A stretch of 64,000 bases of DNA from contig CDMY01000878.1 of assembly GCA_001179505.1 (NCBI GenBank), forward strand, positions 1 to 64,000. The letters are read 5' to 3'. Shown piece after piece: positions 1 to 11,230 of this stretch (its first letter is position 1; each line of letters starts with the position of its first letter). Both the position numbers and the translations under genes were made by a program. The stretch is from Vitrella brassicaformis CCMP3155. Its lineage: Eukaryota; Protista; Chromerida. The notes beneath the pieces are model-generated. The model was given only the letters and a program-made list of their open reading frames with translations. It searched no databases and was not told where the DNA came from.

Positions 1-141
1 AGTAAGAGTGCTTTTCCTTGGTAAGACCGATGGACTGGCCAGTCAGTCAAAGTTGTTTCTGTCCATGTATGGCATCATGAAGGATGGTCAACACAGATCT
101 CACTTCGGTGATGGCTGATAAGATCGTGTCTCCTCAGAATG

Positions 142-171
142 CTTTCCTTGTCTTTCCTTGTCTTTCCTTGT
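142..171 (+). repeat. Tandem repeat (CTTTCCTTGT)x3
   Basis: Read directly from the sequence. Confidence 0.9.
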
Positions 172-258
172 CTTCTCCTCTCTCTCTCCGTTACACAGCA
201 ATCTACCCTAGTTCACAAGCTCGCAGTGGTTCGTCTTGCCAAGCTGGCAAACCTGACA

Positions 259-314
259 AAGCGCACATTTTGCCATTTGGAGAGGAGTTAGGGCAGTGAA
301 ATTCCGTTTTTGCA
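259..314 (-). repeat. Dispersed non-coding element A, copy 1
   Basis: Its reverse complement TGCAAAAACGGAATTTCACTGCCCTAACTCCTCTCCAAA-TGGCAAAATGTGCGCTT equals 21970-22026 except for one 1-bp indel. Confidence 0.9.
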
Positions 315-550
315 CCCCAGCGTCGTTGGCTGTGGCTGTTTGTTGCAGGTATCTGAGGCTAGTGTGTGTGGTGAGAGGCTGTTCTGGTGACGGCAATGCC
401 GGTGAGAGGAGGGAGAGGAGAAGTCGGTCCTCGCGCAATCCGCGGGAGGGAGGAGAGAAGAGAGAACGGAGATCAAGCTCTTGTCGCAAACGCCGTGAGA
501 GAGGCCAAGACACAGCAACAGCCAAGTACACAGCGACAGTCGAAGAGAAG

Positions 551-1168
551 ATGAGCTGCTGGTCGAGCGTCTTGGCGGTCCTTGTCCCATGCATGATCAC
601 CATCCGCCTCACGCGGATGTACTTCGGCATAGCCGGGCTCCCATCGGTGAGCTTCACCTTCACCACCAAGCGAGGCCTGCTCACACAAGCGCACTAAGTC
701 GACATGGTGTGTGTCTTCATGATGTGCAGGCCACATGTAGTGGCGCGGGCTGTGCGTTTGACCCTGAGCAGTCGCCGCTCGGCCCTTTCGACCCAGCCGG
801 GCCGTCGTGGGAGATCGGCATATACGTCTTCGCCCTTTTTCTGGCGCTGTCAGCAATCCTCCGGCGCTGTGTAAGTGGCCAAACCGGGCACACATACTCG
901 CATCAACGACACACACATGGGCTGCCCTGCCTGTCTGTCTGTGTGCTACGTTTTCTTGTTTGTTCAGGATGACCATGAGACGCGGCAGCTGTCCCATATC
1001 CCCATGCGCCCGTCCTTGCTTCATCGCCACCTGGAGCCATTGCCAGAGGTTCCTTATATCCAAGCGCCGTCTGCCCCGCCGCCCGCATACGGTGTCTGGC
1101 GGGTCCAGAGCCCTTCTGGTGCTCGCCCGGTTCCCTCCGCCCCGGCTCTCGAGATGCTGCCTGTGTGA
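551..1168 (+). CDS. Small (145 aa) predicted single-pass membrane protein with cytoplasmic PSAP+PPxY motif; 3 exons (551-646, 730-870, 968-1168)
   Basis: Two phase-0 GT-AG introns (647 gtgagc..cag 729; 871 gtaagt..cag 967) join MSCWSSVLAVLVPC..GLPS / ATCSGAGC..WEIGIYVFALFLALSAILRRC / DDHET..APSAPPPAYGV..EMLPV* in frame. It has a hydrophobic N-terminus and one TM segment. Confidence 0.65.
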
Positions 1169-1780
1169 AGGAATGGACACGTGATCGAACCGCACGCAGC
1201 AGTCGTCTCGAGGCTGAAGGTGCAGGAGCTACGAACGGCACATGCCCGCGTTGGGGAGGGGAGGGAAGGGGGGAGAGGGCGGGTCGGTTTTCGGGTGTGC
1301 GTGAGCCCCAACGACCCAGCCATCCATCCCTCTCCGCGCCTGCCTGCAGAAGAGATAGAGTGGTGTAGTCGCCGCAGGCAGCTGTTTGTGGACACAAGAG
1401 TGAGTGTACATAGCCAGACGGACGGACATGTCCATAAAAACATACTTACGTCCTTACGTCTGTCTATCTGTCTATCTGTCTTTGCTACTGCTGCATGGTG
1501 TGCAGCGAGTGCATCGACCGACGTGTGCATGTGGTGTCAGTGTCGTTTTGGGGGGTGGGTGGTGTGGTGTGGTGTGTGGTGTGGTGTGGTGTTTGTGTCA
1601 AGGCAACCCTTGCTAGGACGGACGGACGGATGACTTTGTGCATTCGTGTGAAAGATGACCGAACCAGTTGCACGATGTCCTGTGTGCGACGTCATGAAGC
1701 AATGAATCAAGCAATGCCATTCGTCGTGAGTGAATCAGCCAGTGACTGTCAAGCCAATCAAAGGAAGGAAGCGCGTGTCT

Positions 1781-1827
1781 GGACTTGTCCGTCAGGCCGC
1801 CTAGGGTGCTCCCTGAAACCGCTGCTG
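1781..1827 (+). repeat. Dispersed non-coding element B, copy 1 (48 bp upstream of the PAN gene ATG)
   Basis: GGACTTGTCCGTCAGGCCGCCTAGGGTGCTCCCTGAAACCGCTGCTG is the reverse complement of 21908-21954 with 2 mismatches in 47 bp. Confidence 0.9.
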
Positions 1828-1875
1828 GCCAGCGGCTCTTTTTTGTGAGGGGCAGCTGCTGAGTGCGTGCGTGAC

Positions 1876-4588
1876 ATGATGCCTCGGCGTCACAAGCCCT
1901 GCTTCGCGGCCCTGGCGGCCTGCCTCATTGCCGGATCTGCCATCGTCTGTGTGGTGTGCCAGGACTCCCAGCCCGACGACATCGACAGCTTCGTCGACAA
2001 GCAAAACATCACTCTCGACCAACTCAACGACGAGTGCTGGGTCAGCCGACGCACACGTGTGTCTTGCCTGTCTGTCTGTCTGCCTGCCTGTCTGTCGGTG
2101 CATCGATTGGAGTGTCTGTCTGTGTGTGTGTGTGTGTGACTGGTTTGTGTCATGTCGTGTGTTGTGCAGGTGTGGAAGTCAACGCTGTGGGGTGAGTGAG
2201 AAGGCCACGCACAGTCCCCCCGTCAAAAGAGTGTGCTTGTCTGTGCGTATCTGTGTGCCCTTGTGTATGTCTGGTGACACATTCAGGCGCACCCGTGAAG
2301 GATTATTCGCCGATTTCGAAGCGCCGAGTGTGGCTGACTGACGGATGTGCCGAGGCATGCCAGAGGCACGAACAGTGCAAAGCATGGAGCTTCGATTGGT
2401 CCGCCTGACACGACACCTTTCACTCACACGTGTGCCACCCGCGAGACGCATGCAGACCTCCCTCCTCTCTCATTGTCTCTCTCTCTGTGCTGTGTGTGTT
2501 CAGGAAGGGCGAGTGCTTCCTGCTGTCCAATGTGACGACTCTGCTCAAGGCCGGCCAGAGCGACTTGAGAAACTTCGCCTTCGTGGCGCAGGGCAAGAGG
2601 GGCAGCAGAGACTGCCGCCCACTCGACGAGAGACGACCGTGCCTCGAACATAATGTCAAGATCTTATGGTCAGCCCGCCAGCCGACCAACCAACCAGACA
2701 GACGGAGGGAGGGAGGAGTGCTTGATCGGTGTTTTGTTTTGTTTGTGTGTGTGCAGGTCTGATATCAGTTACAAGTATGCGGATGCCAATCTGACGGTTG
2801 AGGAGTGCCGGCAAGCGTGTATCAAGACGGTTGAGTGCCGCTTCTTCACACTCCTCGCCCTCCCCGGCGAAACCAGACAATGGTATCTATGGTCACTCAG
2901 GGAGTGAGGGAGGGAGGGAGCCCAGACACGCTTCACACGGCACGGCAGCAGACGCAACATGTGGCTTGTCTGTTTGCCGCCTGTCATCAGCTTCCTCAAA
3001 AACGCTGGCGTCAATGACAACAAGGTGAGCACACCCCGGAAGCGCTGCTCTATGCAAAGCTACGGATGTCGGGTGTCTATGTCAGTTGTGTTCCGAGTAT
3101 GCCACGAGTGGGTTTGCCAACGGTCGTGACTGTGGTTCGCCGACCGAGCCCCTGACGCCATCAGAGGACGACGTCAAGAAGCTTACCAGCCAACAACTGT
3201 TCGTCTCCCTGGACCTACTCAAGAAGTCATATCCACCCTTCCCCCTTTTTCAGGGTGACACACCAGCAGATCACCACACACACATGACCCCAGCTGTGGC
3301 ATCTTGTGGGTGTGGGTGTGGGTGTGGGTGTGTCTGCAGAGGCGTACGAGAAGGTGAATCAGTGCGGGTGCTACCGAGAGTTCACCAAACCGTTCTATCA
3401 AGAGATCGAGGACGACAGTGAAGGCGACAGTGAGGGGGAGGGCGACGGGGAAGAGACCAAGAAGCCCAAGACGGCTCCGGGCAGCGCCGTGATGCTGCGG
3501 GAGATCCCGACGTACCTCACGCCTCCCCGCCGTTGCCAGCTCTTCTGTCAGGCCGACGACAGATGCCAACACTGGTCCACCAGATGGAACAGGTAGGTAA
3601 ACAGAGCAGCAAGCAAGATACGGGTGGGGTGGGTAGTGGGCGGATTGGATTGGATTGCTGTCTCAACGTGGGTGTGGTGGGTATGGTGTTGTGTATGCGA
3701 TGCCTTGGTTTGGTGTTGCAGATGCTTCCTGTGGGCGGATGTGCAGCGGTGGCTGGAGGGGCCGGACATCCCCGACCTGGCGGGGCCCAAACTGTGTCCA
3801 CGAGACAAACTAGGTCACTACCCAGACAGACAGATAGACAGACAGACAGACAATGCGCACACGGAACACGCCCGCACTTGTCACTTGTCGTTAATGCTGC
3901 AGAGGAAGGCCTCCGTTGCGACGCCGATTTTTATCGCGAGCGGTACACTCCGCTGTCGCTGTTCGTGCTGAAGGTGCGGGACATTCGTGTGCCGCTCGGA
4001 GGCTCGTGCCCCATCGAGATCAGCTGGGCCTCCCTCTCCTGGATGCTCGCGGCCGCCATCCTGCTGCTGGGGACCTTTGTGGTGGCCGTCATTTCTAAGG
4101 TGCATTTTGAGCGCCGGACCAACATCGTCAGGGTCATGATTGCCGCCATCTCCAGTGAGCGAGCAGCAAAGCAACCATTGCGTACAACCGACCGTGTGAT
4201 GATTGATGTTTGTCTCTATGTGTGTGTGTGTGCAGTGTGGGATTTCCTTACTGACTGCGCGTTTGTTGCCCGGTCTTATGAGTACGCCCAGCTGTGGGTG
4301 TTCTGGGTGAGTGAGTGGGACGAGATGAGCCACCTGCACACACCACACCCAGTCAGTGGTCGATTACACAAACACACAGGTAAGTACCACGTGCATGTCA
4401 TGTGTGTGTGTGTGTGGATCCGTAGGTCGGTATCTTCCACCTGAACCTGGTGATCTTCTCCAACTCGATCGCCCTCATCTACATGACGCGCAGCAGAGAC
4501 AGACAGGGACACAGCTTCCGTAAGCAACAAACATAACACAACACACCACGTCAAGCATCGCATCCATCAACACGGCCATGCCATGGAA

Positions 4589-4623
<35 letters not shown>

Positions 4624-5232
4624 TGTGTGCACAGGCAAGTGGATGGAGCAGCACCAGCAGTACTCCCACTTGGGCACCCTCCTGGTGTTCGTCTCGTCCT
4701 TCCTCCACCTGGGCGTCCTTCACCTGTTCGCCTCGAGGCTGTTCGGCTGGACGCTGTTCTCGCTTGAGGTGCACACCAAGTCGCTGCTGACGATGGAGAT
4801 GCTCACACTGGCCGAGGACGTGCCGCAAGTCGCTCTGCAGGTCAGTGGGAACGGCAATGCACTCTGTGTGCTGGTTGGGTGTATGTGTCTTGTGTCATGT
4901 GCTGTGGTGTGCAGGCGTACGTGCTTCTGAATCAGGGCAGCGGTGGCGGGGGCATCCCCTCGGTGACGCTCGTGTCCATCCTCACCTCGATCTTCCAGAT
5001 CTTGAAGCTCCTGCTGTTCCTCCTCAAGTACGCCATGCACTCGATCTTCCCCTCGGTGGCCACCAAGAGCGCCTCCAGGACGGCAGCCAGCTCTTTCGCC
5101 CCCTCGCTGCGCTACGGCCACAGCAGTGACAGCGAGGATTTTGGGGGCGGCGCGGAGCGCACCGTCAGCAAGACCACCGCCAGCGACATGTCGCTCGTCA
5201 AGGCTGCCAACGAACAGCAGGGGGGGCCGTGA
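1876..5232 (+). CDS. Signal peptide + several PAN/Apple-like Cys domains + C-terminal multipass (XK-related-like) membrane domain; multi-exon
   Basis: N-terminal signal peptide (CFAALAACLIAGSAIVCVVC). Repeated PAN-type patterns: GCAEACQRHEQCKAWSFDW-KGECFL, EECRQACIKTVECRFFTL..QCFLK, RCQLFCQADDRCQHWSTRW..CFLW. About 6-7 hydrophobic segments follow, with WDFLTDCAFV and LAEDVPQVALQAYVLL. Several exon junctions were checked in frame; stop TGA at 5230-5232. Confidence 0.75.
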
Positions 5233-6435
5233 GAGAGAGAGAGAGAGAGAGAGTGTGCGTGTGTGTTGTGCTGTGCGTCCGGGAGGATCGTTGTATTGGG
5301 GTGTGGTGTGGTGGGGGTGAAAGGCCGTTGGTCGCTGGCCTAGTGGCCAGCTAGCTGTGGGCTCTGGGTGGGTGGCATGATAGGTGGGTGGATGGATGGA
5401 TGGATGCGTCTGTGCGTGCGTTAGTGCGTGCGTTGGTGAGTTGGTGGTGGGGTGGTCGGTTGGTTCGATTATACGGAGGGTTCATCTGAGAGCGAGCGGC
5501 ATCCGAGGAGACGATTCTTCCTCTGCTTAAGTCTTCCCCTCTTAACGCTTACTAACTTGCTTGATGGGATGGTCGGTTGGTTGGTTCGTCGGTCGGCTCC
5601 TCGGCTGTGCCATCTGTCTGTCAGTTGTGTGTGTGTGGCTCTTCACACGGACAGATGCTGTTGGGAATGTGGGTGGTGCACCGATCGATTGGATGAATGG
5701 CTTCCTTCCTTCTTTCTTGCCTGTCGTTCTTGTCGCAAGTGAGTGAGTGAGTGAGTGAGTCCCTCTCTTATGTGTCTATCGTATGGATGTGATGTTCCCT
5801 CTTGGCCGAATGAATGAAGTGACTGGCGAGTTTTTGCTGCAGAGAGTGTCGGACGGACAGTTCCTCCCGTGTGCGTCCGTATGTGTGGCGTATGTGTCTT
5901 TTGTTCATCTTCGTGTGGCGCGCTAGCGCGGTGTGGATGTCCTCCCTCCCTGTCTCCCTCCCTCCCTCCCTGCCTGCCTCCCTCCCTCCCTGCGTGCCTG
6001 CCTCTATGGTGGGTGCATGGTGGGTCTGTCTGTTCATTTGTCTGGCGTGTGTGTGGTTTGTTCGTACCATCCGTCCCCGCCCGCATGTGTGTATGTCTGG
6101 ATGCATTCCATTGGTGCTTTCGTGCTATGTCATGTCATTTCTCCCTCTCTCGTCATATGTATCGTTTGTCTCTCCTTCGACTTTCAGGAGAGCTCTCTGT
6201 CTGTTTGTCTGCCTGTGGATGTATGTGTGCTTGTCTGTCTGTCTGTCTGTGCGCATGAGTGTGTGTCCGTTCGTGTCCTTTATTCTATTCGTGCCCTCTG
6301 GTCGTCCACCTCTATGGAGCGCATCTCTATCGGTCTGTCTCCCTCTCCCCCGTGTGTATCTGTATGTGTGTGTACGTTCGTCTCGCTATCGCTGTCCCTG
6401 TCGATCAGTATCGCTTCAGATCAAACTTGCATGAA

Positions 6436-6462
6436 TGTGGTGATTGTGGTGATTGTGGTGAT
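6436..6462 (+). repeat. Tandem repeat (TGTGGTGAT)x3
   Basis: Read directly; followed by a degenerate fourth unit TGTTGTAAT. Confidence 0.9.
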
Positions 6463-7034
6463 TGTTGTAATGCTCCCGGTGTTTAAGGGTGCAGTGTATT
6501 TATTGCAATGCCTGTCGTTTTGTGAGAGAAGCAGTGAGTGAGTGCAGTAGAGGGAGGGAGGGAAGGGGAGGGACGGGGGGGAGGAGGGCGAAGTGAGAGC
6601 GCCAGTGAGATCAGAACGACGCAAGGAGCGTGCATGTGTGTGTCTTCGTGCATGTGCGTCTCAGTGCTGACATGGGGCGAGTATGCGCCATCGACTACAG
6701 AAGTGAACGCATACATCTGCGCAGTGGGAGATCTATGGTGCTCTGACCAGCACTGGGGTCGGCTCGGCTCTCCTCGTGCGATGGTGGGGAACACCCACAC
6801 ACCGCGGGGAGAGACAGCACGTGCAGCACTGGGGAGTACGTCACGGCCCCCACGTCAAGCTCGCCCGCCCCCAGTCTCTCAACCGCAACCAAGCGTTTTG
6901 GAGGCTTCCTGTCGGTGAGGGCGCCACAAGACTTCCCGAACACAGCCACCCGGAGATCGAGCAGCGACTCTTCGGCTCCCCCATCCAGCACTGCCCCATC
7001 CCATCCCATCACAGCTGAGGGGCGTGCTTCAAGC

Positions 7035-10000
7035 ATGGCAGATGACGCAGGAGGCGAGCCTCCCGAGCACGACACGAGCATCGATGTGGAAGAGGACGCC
7101 GCCATCTTCAGGGAGTGGGACGAGGTGGCCGACAGCTATTTGTTGGGAGGCAGAACAGCATCTCGCCTGTCAGAGACCAACCACACCGACGGCGCATTGC
7201 CCGCCGCCCAGCAGCCGCATGCCTCTTCCCCCCTGAAGCCGCCGCCACCGGTCGGGGACGCCATGGCCATGAGTGAGGAGTCGACCTTCACGCCGCCAGT
7301 CCCGGCGCACAGCATCAACTCGTCACGCCGCGACACAGCCAAGTTTGGCAGTGGGGGGGAATCGCCGCCAGACAGCCCCTGTGACAGGGGCAGCGTGTGT
7401 GAGGGAGAGGGGGACCATGGCGACGACGTCCTGGGGTCGATTGGCCCGTATCTCGACACGGCATGCGACCAATTCGCAAGCACCCATCGGAAGGAGCGGA
7501 TACGAGCGTATCGACAGCACATCATGGAGCAGGTCAACAGTGGAGGCAGCCCATTCGTGTCGGGTGGTGAGTCTGCCACAGGTGGGGCGCCCAGAGACCG
7601 AGAGAGAGACAGCAGCTACTACTACCGCTCCCACTCGTCGACCCTCGAGGACAGATTCCCCAGCGTCCCCGCCCCCTTCCCTTTCGCATTCCCGGCCCCC
7701 TTCCGCCACGCAATGATGCCTTTTGGTGACGGCATCGGTGGATTCGACGCCATCGAGGATATCAGTGACCAGGCGGTGCTTCAGGATGTCATGGAGCTGC
7801 GGCATCTCTACAACAGCACTCACGCGCTGGGATCCACCCTCACCATGGAAGACCAGCAAGACAGCACGGGCGAGTTCAACAGAAGGGTGAGCCTCCTGAG
7901 CACCGCGGGTGGTGTGGATGGTCAGCAGCGGCGCCGCGCAAGTCTGAGCGGGGCTGAGTGCTACACGCCATCCTTCCGGCAGTGGTATGCCCCCACCACC
8001 TCCCCTCCCCCTCCCCCCAACCTCTCCCNNNNNNNNNNNNNNNNNNNNNNNNNNNNNNNNNNNNNNNNNNNNNNNNNNNNNNNNNNNNNNNNNNNNNNNN
8101 NNNNNNNNNNNNNNNNNNNNNNNNNNNNNNNNNNNNNNNNNNNNNNNNNNNNNNNNNNNNNNNNNNNNNNNNNNNNNNNNNNNNNNNNNNNNNNNNNNNN
8201 NNNNNNNNNNNNNNNNNNNNNNNNNNNNNNNNNNNNNNNNNNNNNNNNNNNNNNNNNNNNNNNNNNNNNNNNNNNNNNNNNNNNNNNNNNNNNNNNNNNN
8301 NNNNNNNNNNNNNNNNNNNNNNNNNNNNCCCCCCGCCACAACGGTCTTCCCAGAGCAGCGCCCGGTCCATTTTCAAGGCCTTCAGCCGCTTCACCTTCCG
8401 GCTGAGTGTCAATCCGGTGCCAGACGTTCAGTCGGAGGTCTTCTCGGGGTCCTCCCACCCCATCACCCTCACCAGCACCACCAGCAAGCAGGGTGCTCAC
8501 GTGGTGCCGCCTCTGCCCGCGGACCACAGCGGGCTGACGCAGCTGACGGCGCAGTATGCCGCCAGCCAGGTGACGGCCAACTCGCAGTACCCGCCATCGC
8601 AGCTGACGGCCACTTCGCAGCAGAATCGGTCGGGCCACGGCAAGCCCGTCAGCACCGCCGGACACACCTCCCACTCCCATATTGGCATGGTCAGTCGGCC
8701 AACAACAAGCATTGCATTCCTGCAATCCAATCCAGGCCTCCACGTCTGTCCGTGTGTGTGATGCCTTTTCAGTCAGAGGAGGACTTGTGCGTTTCACATG
8801 GTCGGTGTTGTGGGTGGCTGCCATGGCGGTGGGGGTCTCACCGCCGCACTCAGCCGCAGCAGGGCGGCTCACGAGGCAAGGGGGGCAAAAAGTGGCGCCA
8901 TGCAGACCACAGACGCGACGCACTGGTGCTGTTGGCTTGGGCTGCTGTGTTCGTCTTCTACTTGGTTAGACACAGCACATGTGTATCACACAACCGATGG
9001 ATCGGATCGATCGCTATTCTTCTCTCTGCAGGCGTTCGCCATCGTGTTTTACATGCCAGCAGAGGGGTTCTCCGGGTGGGAGTGCCTGTACTTTGCTCTC
9101 CAGGTGGTCACGACGGTGGGGTACGGCGACTACACGCCCACCAGGGACTACTCCAAGATCGTCACGTCGCTCTATGCCGTGCTGGCGACGGGCATGGTGG
9201 GGTCTTCGTGGAGCCTGATCTTGCAGTACTTTTTGGACAGGCAGGCCAGGACGCTGCAGGAACAGCTGGAGCAGGAGGAAGACCTCTCGGGCGCGGTGAG
9301 TGAGTCATCCTTCCATCCATCGACCCACCCCATCTCACAACGCACACGAGAAGACGAAGGCCTCTTTGTTCACTTTGTTTCTCTCTCTCTCTTTCTGTGG
9401 AGGAATGCAGGATCACAGCGAGAGGGAGAACTACCTGGCGTCCATCCGCCGAAAGCAGGCCCGTGCCCGGGGCCGATACGTCACCGTCTCACTCATCGTA
9501 GTCATCATCGTATCCGCCATCGGTCCGTGGCCATCCATCCTCACATCCATGTGGTCACCCGTGAGTGTGCGTGTGTGTGTGTGTGTGTGTGCAGGTACGT
9601 GTTTCTTCCACTTGTATGAGGGCCAGTCTGTGGTCGACTCGTTCTATCTCACCACGATCACCATCACAGGAGTGGTCAGCCACACGCCACACACACACAC
9701 CCTCACCCGCACCCATATGTATGCGGCCTCCATTGCTCGCTCTCTCTCTCCCTCCCTCTCTCTCTCTGCGTGTGTCGTGTGTGTATCAGGGGTTCGGTGA
9801 GCTTGTGCCCCTGACTCGAGAGGGCAGGATCTTCGCCATCTTCTACATGGGATTCGGTGTGCTGGTGACGATCAACTTTGCTGTCGTCATGGCCAATTTT
9901 CTGCTGTCGACCAAGAAGCGGGAGGTACACCGAAAGATCCTCCAGCAGAAACTGGAAAAACAGGTCAGTCAGCAACGTGGGCCTGCAGCGGCTGAGTGCT

Positions 10001-10716
10001 GCTGCTGCACTCGACAGACAGAACAGACACAGAGATGAAGAGGGAGATTGTCAGCGACATGCCTGCCATTGATGTGTGCTGTCTTTCTGTCTGTCTGTTT
10101 GTCTGTCTGTATCTCCGTCGATTGCTGAATGATCAGCATTTGCGTGAGATGGATCGCGATGGCGACGGTGTGGTGACTGAGCTGGAGTACCTCATGTACA
10201 TGCTCATCAAACTGCAGAAGGTCGACAAACTCGAGCTGGAAGAGATCCTCGTGCAGTTCCGCAAACACGATGTGTAAGCTAAGCACCACACACTCCCCAG
10301 TGACCCCCTCCCCCTAGGGCCCCCATAACCCACACAGCCGACAGACACATACATCAGCACCACCTCTCTGTCTCGCTCTCTCTCTGTATGTCAGTGATGG
10401 CAGCGGCACCCTGACCTTCAGCGACCTCAAGAAGATCGCCCGGGAGGAGACCAAGCGCAAGACCAGCGTCTACAACAGGCCATCACACCTTCACGGCCAC
10501 AGCAGGCGCGAGAGCGTCAGCCCAGACATCTCCCCCCTCGCCCTACCGTCACGCGGCAAGCGGCTGCAAGACAGAGATCATAGAGGGGGGAGGACACAGG
10601 TGGCAGAGGCGCGGCCCGCTTCACCGCCCCGGCAGCCACTAGGACCAGGACAGCTGCGGACGGCTGGGACTTCGTCGCAGCTCAACAAGCATGTCTCGTT
10701 TGTCGTAGAGAAATGA
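7035..10716 (+). CDS. Two-pore K+ channel of the TPK/KCO type (4TM/2P) with two C-terminal EF-hands and a long disordered N-terminus
   Basis: Pore 1 is LYFALQVVTTVGYGDYTP. Pore 2 is FYLTTITITGV|GFGELVP after splicing. The EF-hands are DRDGDGVVTELEY and DV|DGSGTLTFSDL. Stop TGA at 10714-10716. A 300-N gap lies in the N-terminal exon. Confidence 0.9.
8029..8328. other. Assembly gap (300 N)
   Basis: N run flanked by C-rich tracts, inside the K+ channel N-terminal exon. Confidence 0.98.
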
Positions 10717-11230
10717 CTGACGAGTGAGGGGCGGAGGCCTGGCTCGTCTGGGGGTAATGATATGGGTCTGTGTGTGATGTGTTCCTCCTCATCGCACGTG
10801 TGCATTCGTAGCTTTGTCGGTGTGTATGTGTGTGTGGCTGTGATGTCTCGGTAAGTAACACGGGAGGTCCGTGTGGTGTGTGCGTATGGTATGGGGGGAG
10901 GGAGGGCCCGGGCCATTTTGCTAGATATGGGTTGGAGGCCTGCAGAGACACCTGACGACATGCATACGCTGCCAGGGAGGGCACATGTTTGGTGGAAGGG
11001 GTGCGGTGGGGTGCGGTGTTTCGCTGGTCTTCGTCCTCTCCGCCCCACTCACTCACTCTTTTTGCAGACAGACACTTCAAGTCCATGGACTTTCATGGCC
11101 ATGAAATGTGATGCCACACGTCCGTCCGTCTACCTACACACCACAATAGCCTCACCCACCCCGGAGGACCCACGGAAGGAAAGCCGTCTCTACCTATGTC
11201 AATCATCGCCCACACCGCATGATCACAAGA

